Assembly: GCA_951406725.2 (NCBI GenBank)
Contig: OX597822.1
Location: forward strand, 9,796,001 to 9,860,000
Origin: Octopus vulgaris
Lineage: Eukaryota
DNA length: 64,000 nt
Direction: 5' to 3'
Under the pieces are notes generated by a model, which was given only the letters and a program-made list of their open reading frames with translations, had not been told where the DNA came from and did no database searches. The position numbers were made by a program, and so were the translations under genes. Below, one piece after another: positions 53,795 to 64,000 of this stretch (positions within the stretch are counted from its first letter, which is position 1; the number at the start of each line of letters is the position of its first letter).

Positions 53795-54381
53795 CATGGA
53801 TGGATGGATGGGTGGAAGTGATATGACAAGGGAGAGAAATAGCTGATGGGACGGAGAAACTGCAAAGTAAATTTAGCGAATGAGAGAAGGATTGAAACAA
53901 CAGCGTTGCAGAGCGTAAATAAAGACAAAGAGCGAACGAGGAAGGCAGAGGAGAACGTGATAAACAGATACATATTTTATGACAATAATAATAAGATAAA
54001 CAAAAATAGAAACAGCAGCAGTAACACCACCAACAACGGCCACTATGAAAAACAACTACAACAATAGTATTATAACCACAGGCGGTTGGGGGCGGGAAAA
54101 AAATGCGTAGATTCTTCCTCGTTTAGGTTTTTTTTTTTTTTGTTTCTACTGTTTTTGTTTTTGTATGTTATAAACAATATCTATAACAACAAAATATCCT
54201 CAGCAGCATTATCATAAAGTAGTTGGAACAATATTAACAACATCAGCGACAAACACACTACGAAATAGAAAAAAAAAAGAAATTCTTCAGTGAAAATAAT
54301 AATAATAACCATGACAACAATGTCGGCGAACGCATCAACAATCTCGACTATTACAACAGTAACAACAATTACAACAACAGC

Positions 54382-54415
<34 letters not shown>

Positions 54416-54721
54416 GCAACAACAACGGTAGTAACAACAAACATATCAGTAACAGCAGTTGAAATAGCAGCAACAGTTACAACATTAACAATAGCAACAA
54501 CAAAAATAATACAAACAACAACAAGAGCAGCATCAACAAAGACTACAGGGGTAACAGCGCCTCCTATGACGAATTAGGAACTTAGTCAAAATACACAACA
54601 GTTTTAAAAAAACAAAACAAAAACAAAAAATGTTTTGTTTAGTTTTAAGTGGACGCGAATATTAGATGCTTTTAGAGGTGAAATATGGGAAGGTCAACAT
54701 TCATACCTTATGATATTGTAA

Positions 54722-54807
<86 letters not shown>

Positions 54808-54808
<1 letters not shown>

Positions 54809-55169
54809 TAGCACTATGACCCGGCGTTGCCGGGTCATAGTACTAGTGCATGCATATACAGTTGCGTGCTAGCGCACATACACACGAGTACTGTCCAAAT
54901 CTCCGACCAATCACATTCAGCTAGCTGGTATTCAATTGGCGTATCAAGTTTCGGGCATTTTGATTGGGTTTTGGATAGAAAATTCACCAAAAATCACTTC
55001 TACTGATTTTTTAATTGCTTTGCGGGGTGACTGGGGAAATGTAAAGATGTGCACGACCACCCTTGGACGGTTTTGAATGACCATAGAAAGTGCGAGCCCT
55101 CTAACTGAAAAATTGTGGATTTCTATAAAGGACACACACGCAGACATTTTGCCGTTTATATATATAGAG

Positions 55170-55170
<1 letters not shown>
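54808..55170 (-). mobile_element. Non-autonomous Helitron inserted in (AAT)n
   Basis: Minus-strand 5' TC at 55170, long hairpin ctatgacccggc-gtt-gccgggtcatag, CTAG at 54808. Confidence 0.8.
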
Positions 55171-55214
<44 letters not shown>

Positions 55215-55218
<4 letters not shown>

Positions 55219-55770
55219 CTCTGGTACAATACCAAGTCCTGGCTCTCATGGCTTGTGAGCTTAACAGATTGGAAGTGTTACCATTTATATGTTTTGTCTT
55301 GGTGTAAAAGATGGGCTACAGCAAATATTCTGCTCAATTCCACAGATCTGCTTGTCAGTTGTTTTACCTTAACCAGTTGAGCATTTCCTTTGGTGGATGA
55401 TGATATGTGCATGTCTGATCACGAGCAGAAGTAGTGGGGTAGCATCGTAGCTACGTGTTGGGAGGAAATCTTTGGGGTTTGAATAATTCACTTCTGGAAA
55501 CATGGGTGTTTCGTTTAACATCCTTAAACAACCCTTATTCAGAGACTTTTTGAGCCGGATGGGCTACCCGACCTGAAGAAAATTCTAACTGAGCCCCACC
55601 TGGAAGGTCATGCGCTGTTTATTTTGTTATGAGATCACCATATCGCGCACATATGGTTGTGATGCATGTGCCTGGTGTATCCTTATCAGACGAGTAGTCA
55701 TGATGGGTATACTGGGCTTCGTATATTTTATCCCAGTGTCACTTTGATGGCTTGCACTGCTCTCTCACTC
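55215..55770. repeat. Unclassified island of about 550 bp between (AAT)n arrays, probably an AAT-targeting retroelement fragment
   Basis: Higher complexity, sharp AAT boundaries, no recognisable protein motif. Confidence 0.3.
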
Positions 55771-55771
55771 G

Positions 55772-55844
<73 letters not shown>

Positions 55845-56454
55845 ATTTGTATTTATTGACTGCCAATACAGTAGAGATTTATATAGAAAGGTGTAAACAA
55901 TAAATATCAATAACAATTTGCAAAATTAAAAATTCCACCAAACAAATTCGCTAGTAAGGGTGGGGAATACCACCCAGGCGTATCCAAGGAACACCACATA
56001 AATCGAGCCGCGGTTTCAAATTTTGGCACAAGGTCAGCTGTTTTAGGAGTTGAGGGTTTAGTCAATTGCATCGACGCCACTTTTTGAATAGCTCTTTATT
56101 TCATCGATATTGGAGAGATGAACGGCAAAGTTGACCTCAGAACCAAAACCCAATGTTCTAATGGACTCTGCCAGCTCAGTTTCTGCCATAGGTTTAAGTG
56201 TCAATATTGATGGCTCCGGTCGGAGATCGAACTCTTTTACCATGTCTTCTACTAAAGTATGGGCATGAAATATAAAGTAGAAGAACAACAGCAACATTAG
56301 TTATAGTGATGATGTTGGCGGAAGTGATGGCGGTGACTATCAGTTTTGGGACGAAAACGATGAAAATGATAATAACGATAACAGGGGAAAACGAAAAAAA
56401 ACACCCAGCAAAACAACAGCAATAAAAGGCAATAATAAAAAAACTCCAAAGATT

Positions 56455-57298
56455 AAACAACAACAACAACAACAGCGTTTAATATAATTTTATGTCGATG
56501 ACGGTGGTGATGATTATGATACTGCTGATGTTGTTGCTCTTGGTGGTGGTGGTAGTGATAATAATGATGATGATGATGATGAGGAGGAGGAGGAGGACGA
56601 CGACGACGATAATGATGTTGATGACGATGATGATTATGGAAATGATGATGATGGTTGTGGTGGTGCTGGGGGGTCGATGAGGATGACGGTGATGGTGGTG
56701 GAGGCGACGACAATGACGATGATGATGACGATGATGGTGGTGGAGGTGATGGTGGCGGAGGTGATGGCGCTTTAATGATTATGATGACGACGGCAGATTC
56801 CTCCAAAAATAACAAAGTAGTTGTAGTATTAGTAGTAGTAGTAGTATAGAAGAAGAAGAAGAAGAAGAAGAAGAAGAAGAAGAAGAAGAAGAAGAAGAAG
56901 AAGAAGAAGAAGAAGAAGAAGAAGATGAAGAAGAAGGAGGAGGAGGAGGAGGATCGAAGTAAAGATGAACAGAAAAAGAAAAAATAAGATGAAGAGGAGA
57001 CGAGAAGGAAAGCAAAAAATATTAAGAACGATAGCAGCAACAACAAGAACTACCATAACATTAATAACAAAACAATACACTGCTACATCAAAAGTATTAG
57101 CAAAAACAAACAAACAAACAAATCATTGAAAAACAGAGCAAAAGAAAAGAAAAAAGCAAATCAACTAAGAAATGAAAAAAAGACCCAAAAATTAAAATGG
57201 TGGACAGTAATGAAGTCGGAGACGTAAACAAGAAATAATGTTAAAAATACAAGCAAATAAAAAAAAAACAAAAAAAAACAAAGCGAGACACGACGATA

Positions 57299-57329
<31 letters not shown>

Positions 57330-57489
57330 ATTGCTGTTGTTGTAGTTAGTGTTGTTGTTATGTTGATAAACTGAAAACATTTGCAAAGTAGAGAAAAGAA
57401 GGAAAAAAAAAGAATAAGAAAGAAAAAAGAAAAAAGGGGAAATAAAGAAATAACGATGATGGCGAAACGATGATAAAATTCACACAGTT

Positions 57490-57538
<49 letters not shown>

Positions 57539-57557
57539 CACCACCACCACCACCACC

Positions 57558-57612
<55 letters not shown>

Positions 57613-57620
57613 TTATTACC
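56455..57620. repeat. Cluster of triplet repeats (GAT, GGT, AAG, GTT, CTA, CCA)
   Basis: Direct reading. Confidence 0.9.
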
Positions 57621-57653
57621 GCCGGCCGCATATTCACACATACAACTGTACAG

Positions 57654-57693
<40 letters not shown>

Positions 57694-58049
57694 ACTCACG
57701 CACACACACACATACAGACGCATGCTCACATACACTAACCCTACAACGTACAACATACACAATACTCGACACACAACAATTGGCTACGTAATGAGTCTTC
57801 TCAGTAAATTTTCCGCTTCACTTCACTTCGACTTGGCTCGCTTCACTTAACCATGACTATCGTTATGTCAACTGCCCGACTGTGAGCAATTCTTGCCTTT
57901 TATTTTTTCCTTCTGGATATAGTTGTTGTTGTTGTTGTTGTTGTTGTTTGTTTGGTGGCGTTCTTTTATCTCATAATTTTTTCCCTTTCAATTGTTTTTG
58001 TATGTCTTTATAATTTTTTTTTTGTGCGATGTATTTTATATATCTATAG

Positions 58050-58097
<48 letters not shown>

Positions 58098-58320
58098 GTT
58101 GTTGTTGTTGTTGTTGCTGCTGTTTCTTTTTTGCTTCGGCGGGAGGGAGCATCATCTTCAAAACCGATTGACTGCGTTAAGATATGATTGCAGAATTAAA
58201 CTAGTCGCGTACACACACACACACACACACGTATATATATATACACACACATTATATATATACTTACAAACACAGATATATATATGTATATATTAATATA
58301 TTTGTATACATACATACATA

Positions 58321-58360
<40 letters not shown>

Positions 58361-59249
58361 TATCTATATATATAGGTAAAAGTCAATTTATAATATACAT
58401 ACACGTTTGTGTGTGTGCGTGCGCGTGCTTGTATCTATGTACTGAAATATATACGTATGATGATGTGTGTATATATATTTATATATACATATATTCACAC
58501 ACGCACGAACACACACACGCACAAACAAACACACCACAAAGATTTCTCGCTGAGATTAGATCTCGCATTAAGAAATCCGCACTACCGCTATCACCACCAC
58601 CACCACCACCACCACCACTACCATCACGTCTGCTATAATTGTTCTGAGTTTTTTTTTTGTGGCGTTTCCGATACGATCTATGGGAATTTTTTGATTGACT
58701 ATGGAAGCGTAACTAAACATCTAGATTGTCTAGATGACGGAGATGTTTGCGTCGTTGTTTATTTTGCCAAAATATAATTTCTTTCTTCTTTTCTCTTATG
58801 CCGCATGATCCAGTAACGGTGGCTGCTAGAAGGAGGACTATATGACCTTAAGAGAAGAGACATCACTGATAAAACAATAGACAAGGCACAGTAACACAAA
58901 ACAAAGCGAAACAAGGAGATAAAGATAAAAACTCAAATCTAAAACGTCAACTACAAAACATTAGATTCGAAAATACAAAGCGAAGAGCAAATCAACTTTC
59001 AAAATGTGGTATTTAGCTACGGCCCTTTAACGTTGTTGTTTTCGTTCTTTTGTTCTTTACCTTGTGCTATGATTTAGTAAAAGAGGACATCATATTATAT
59101 ACAGGAAAAGATTTAAACAATATCAACTACAAGAACAACAGCAGCAGCGACAGCAGCAACAATGTCAATACCGAGAAGGAAGATTATAATAATAATGATT
59201 ATGATATTATTACTATTACTTTTACTATTAATAATAATAATAATGAGGT

Positions 59250-60393
59250 TCTGCGAGCTGGCAGAAACGTTAGCACGCCGGACGAAATGCTTAGCGCTAT
59301 TTCGTCTGCCTTTACGTTTTGAGTTCAAATTCCGCCGTGGTCGTCTTTGCTTTTCATCCTTTCGGGGTCGATTAAATAAGTACCAGTTACGCACTGGGGT
59401 CGATATAATCGACTTAATCCGTTTGTCTATCCTTGTTTGTCCTCCCTGTGTTTAGGCCCTTGTGGGTAGTAAAGAAATAGGTATTTCGTCTGCCGCTACG
59501 TTCTGAGTTCAAATTCCGCCGTAGTCGACTTTGCTTTTCATCCTTTCGGGGTCGATTAAATAAGTACCAGTTACGCACTGGGGTCGGTATAATCGACTTA
59601 ATTCGTTTGTCTGTCCTTGTTTGTCCTCCCTGTGTTTAGCCCCTTGTGGGTAGTAAAGAAATAGGTATATCTCCCGTCGCTTCCGTCTGAATTCAAATTC
59701 CGCCGAGGTCGATGAAATAAATACCAGTTACGCACTGGGGTCAATGTAGTCAGTTTAATCCCTTCCTCCAAATTTGAGGCCTTGTGCTTCTAGTAGAAAG
59801 GATATTATGACTATTAATAATAAGGCGGTGAGCTGGCAGAGTTGTTAGACCGCTGGGCGAAATGCTTAGCGTATATCACCCGTCGCTACGTCCTGAGCTC
59901 AAATTTCGTCGAGGTCGACTTTGCTTTCCATCTTTTCGGCATCGGTGAAACAAATACTATTTACGCACTGGGGTCGATGTAATCCATTTATTCCCTCCCA
60001 TCAAATTTCATGCCCTGCGCCTATACAAGAAAGGATTATTATTATCATTATTAATAATAAAAATAAAGCTGCGAGCTGGCAGAAATGTTACCACGCCGGG
60101 CTAAGTGCGTAGCCGTATTTTGTCTGCCGTTACATTCTGAGTTCAAATCACGCCGAGGTCGACTTTGCCTTTCATCCTTTCGGGGTCGATAAATTAAGTA
60201 CCAGTTACGCACTGGGTCAATGTAATCGACTTAATACGTTTGTCTGTCTATGTTTAGCCCCTTGTGGGTAGTAAAGAAATAGGTATTCCGTCCATCTTTA
60301 TGTTCTAAGTTCAAATTCCGCAGAGGTTGATTTTACCTTTGATCTTTTTGGGGTCGATAACTTAAGTGTCAGTCATGTACTGGGGTCGATGTA
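59250..60393 (+). mobile_element. Tandem cluster of SINE family B copies with internally reiterated core
   Basis: Heads at about 59252, 59822 and 60065; core repeated 3 times in the first copy. Confidence 0.85.
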
Positions 60394-61123
60394 TCAGGTC
60401 ATCCCATAAGCTCTGTCAGATTTTACCTTGTTTAAAATTGAATGAAATTTAATAGTATTTTAGAATGTCTAATGGAATTAAAAATTATTTTTATGTATTT
60501 GTGTACATTTAAACTAATTAAATATTATTTTACAGAATAATAGAATTAAAATTTCTTTGATTAAAGCCCTTTCTAATATGGACATATCCAAAGAGCATTT
60601 GGGGCACATAATGTACGAAAACGGAAACTTTGGATCCGAAGCGACTCGAAACATACCCTCAGTTTATGGGAAAGAATGCTTGAATGAAAGAACTTGCAGA
60701 AGATGGTTTGCAAAATTCAGAAGTGGAGATTTCAGCATTGAAGATGAAGATCGAACACGACATCCAGTTGAGTTTGATGGTAAGCTCCTTGAGGCATTAC
60801 TTGGAGAAAATCCTGCATTATCAGTTGCAAAATTGGCAATAAAGCTTAGTTCAAACCATATAACTGTTCATCGTCATCTTCAACAACTTAGAAACGTTCC
60901 TAAACTTGAAAAATGGGTGCCTCAGGAATTGTCCAAAAGCAACCGCAAATTCGAAGTTGATATCTGCTTTTCTCTCCATTCTCGCGAACTCATTTCACCC
61001 TTTTTGGATAGACTTGTGGCTGGTGACGAAAAATGGATATTCTATCGAAATGTTAAATGTCGTAAACAATGGCTTGGTAAAAGGGAAAAATCTCAACCAC
61101 AACCGAGAATAGAACTTCATGGC
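60394..61123 (+). mobile_element. Mariner element, left part, inserted at TA in a SINE and cut off by an HHR element
   Basis: ta|tcaggtcatcccataag left end; transposase frame follows. Confidence 0.8.
60578..61123 (+). pseudogene. Mariner transposase N-terminal half
   Basis: ERTCRRWFAKFRSGDFSIEDEDR, KWVPQEL, FLDRLVAGDEKWIFY; catalytic C-terminal half missing. Confidence 0.88.
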
Positions 61124-61270
61124 AAAAACTGTCCGACGAACGGCAACGGGAAACTCAGAGTAACAGGTTTTGTTGAATTTTCTGCTGCTTTAAATAAAGC
61201 ATATTACTCTACCACTGGTATTTGAGTACTCTTTTTTCCACCTTGTTTCACATTTATGTGTTTACTCCGG
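61124..61270 (+). mobile_element. HHR-bearing terminal repeat, same family as 15429-15753, ending at (TA)n
   Basis: aaaactgt-ccgacga-acggcaacgg-gaaa-ctcagag-ta-acaggtttt (core U4C) ... tttactccgg(TA)n. Confidence 0.75.
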
Positions 61271-62011
61271 TATATATATATATATATATATGTTACTACA
61301 TTCACTAGTCTTAATTTCCTTCTCACACCATATCTAATATTACTTATAACTGTCAATTCATATCCTAATTCAAACATAACTATGTCTTTCCATTGGACAC
61401 ATCAATTAAACTTTCTATGAAAATTAATTATTTGGATTTTAAATTACTTATCTACTTATTATAGAGGGATTGTATCTTAAACATTTTTCAGTCATATTTT
61501 CAAATAACCGTTAGCTTCATCAGTTTTAGTTTATACACAACAAGATTCAACAACATTCTTTAGTATGCTATCAATTTTTTATAAGGATAAAATATGTATA
61601 TCCGTATTTGCTATCTGCTGTTGCCTTCATCAAGCCTTCTGTAATAGTAATAATTCCTGTTGCATACTTCTTGCACTGAGGAGAACTGTGATATAAAATT
61701 TAAATTTAATGAAATTAACTTTCATTATTCTACCATGTTATTTACACATTGATATCGCTTTTCGAAACGATCGTATGCAGGTATTAAAATACTTTTAAAT
61801 TTTAACATCTTCTCCATTTTTTAACATACTTGATGAGTTTTTTACGGGATGCTTTACCATAAATTCTCATAACACACCATTTACATGTAATAATTTCATA
61901 TTCGCAAAAATCTTATGCCAGTAAGCTACCGGTAAAATATGAAGAATCTCTGTTAGAAATTGCCCTTTGGAACCTTCAAGAATAAAGGATGAAATATAAT
62001 TCAACCTCACT

Positions 62012-62055
<44 letters not shown>

Positions 62056-62056
62056 G

Positions 62057-62094
<38 letters not shown>

Positions 62095-62355
62095 TATATA
62101 CATATATACATGCACACACTTACGCGCAAGCAATGAGAGGGAGAGAGGGAGAGAGAGAGAAAGAGTGAGAGTGAGTGGGGAAGTGAGAGAGGGATGGGTG
62201 GTATATCCATGTTTTCTTTTATGAATGTGTATACAGCAAAAATAGCACGTCTGCCAGAGTAATAACGGGTGTATATAATAAAAGACCCATAAAATATGTT
62301 GAACTACAACTACAGACGTGGTTGTTTCATACACCCCCACTATTAAACACGCACA

Positions 62356-62403
<48 letters not shown>

Positions 62404-62447
62404 CATGCATGCATACATAAATATATATAAATACACACACATATATG

Positions 62448-62536
<89 letters not shown>

Positions 62537-62851
62537 TAATACATACATGTATACATACGTATGTATTTCTTGTTAGAAATATGTTTTCGATTATATATTT
62601 ATATACATTTATGCACTGCTGCCTACAAAAGAGTTTCGTTCCAGTGTTACGACAACACTTGTCTGATATTGTGTCAACATTACTTTACCATTTCCATAGA
62701 ATTTTCTGTTATCCGTAGCATGAGATGGGGCAGTTAGATACTCAACAAGGCTAGACATCCAGCGAGATGTTTTTAACAATGTGTCTGATAAATTCTAAAC
62801 AGGATTCTTTTGAGTCAAGATGTAAGGCGGGTAAGTTACTCCGATTGTATG

Positions 62852-62905
<54 letters not shown>

Positions 62906-62933
62906 CACACAAACACACACACACACACACACT

Positions 62934-62968
<35 letters not shown>

Positions 62969-63137
62969 GTATGTATACACAATGTGAATATATGTATATA
63001 TATATGTATGTATAAATATATATTAATATATATAAACTTATATATGTGTGTGTATACATATACATACACACCCACGCACACACGCACATATATATGTATA
63101 CATATGCATTCCCACACACTTATCCACACACACACAC

Positions 63138-63194
<57 letters not shown>

Positions 63195-63947
63195 AGTAGA
63201 GACATTTATTTATACATACATGCGTTCGTTATCTAGCTTTGTTGAATTGAAGGATAGCGTTAGATGCGTTTCGTTGGAGAAGGCCTAGGAGGGAAGTATT
63301 GAGGAAGAGACAACGTAGCTGTTTGTGCGTGTGAAAAATAGATAAAGATATGAAAAAAGTGACAATGAACACGAGTGAAAGCGGAGAAATATGGTAGCAG
63401 ACGGTAGCAGGAGAGTGAGCTACAGAGGTTGTTAAATAACGAGAAAGAGGTAGAGGGGAAAAGTTGAGAATAATGGTGATATAAGTAAATCGGAAAAATC
63501 GATTTGCATTTATAACGCATTTTTTGCAGCTTGAACACGGAGATATTGTATAATAGAATAAGGTGTTTACATATGCGTATTACGTAAAATGTTGACTATT
63601 ACTTATAGATATATTCTATGATATAGTTTAACACTGAAACATCGAAACTTAATACTGTTAACATAGTAATATATTCACGAGTGAGTTGTATATAGAAATC
63701 AGTTTCTCTTATTTAACTGAGTGCTCAGGAATTGTGCCACCGTGGTCAGAAAACGAAGATACTCAGTTGTTGATGAAATCCCGACAAAGAATAAAATCCT
63801 ATTCGGTTAATCTCTATTTTCCTTTTGCGGGATAGACAAAGAATTTTGTCTGTTTCCACACCCAGGATTGGTTAAAATCTATAGATATATTATAGATTAC
63901 AGTGGAGCACTGAAACATAATACTGTTAATACACAAGTAATTTATTA

Positions 63948-63993
<46 letters not shown>

Positions 63994-64000
63994 GTATGTA

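Noticed and set aside
61124-61225. Apparent novel C-terminus fused to the mariner transposase (domestication)
   Set aside because: Accidental in-frame read-through into the inserted HHR repeat; the HTH region also looks partly deleted
62803-62837. Possible micro-exon (acag|GATT...GCGG|gtaagt)
   Set aside because: Splice-like motifs alone are expected by chance in 64 kb
63770-63845. ttgatga followed by an atcccg/cgggat stem, near a weak direct repeat (about 63604 and 63880)
   Set aside because: GAAA and stem I are missing; too degenerate to call

Overview
Repeat-saturated, AT-rich animal genomic DNA, most likely from an octopod cephalopod. That assignment is inferred from the tRNA-derived SINE families and the extreme microsatellite load. 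No host protein-coding gene can be supported, and almost all ORFs in the track are microsatellite or SINE artefacts. Recognisable elements: four intermixed SINE families; a decayed CR1/L2-type LINE whose 3' stem-loop is shared with the commonest SINE; RTE and R4/Dong-type LINE fragments; non-autonomous Helitrons; four Tc1/mariner elements (a DD36E Tc1, a DD41D fragment, two mariners); and a 5'-truncated Penelope-like element (PLE) with an uninterrupted RT+GIY-YIG frame inserted in (TA)n. The most striking hidden signal is a set of type I hammerhead ribozyme (HHR) motifs. A near-identical 352/353-bp tandem array (18083-18904) has an intact HHR in each full unit and looks like a non-LTR retrozyme. 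A diverged relative with a 361-bp period and an intact HHR core lies at 1968-2515. Several other small HHR-bearing elements occur as tandem or inverted copies next to microsatellites. All calls were made by eye; coordinates of degenerate repeats are approximate.
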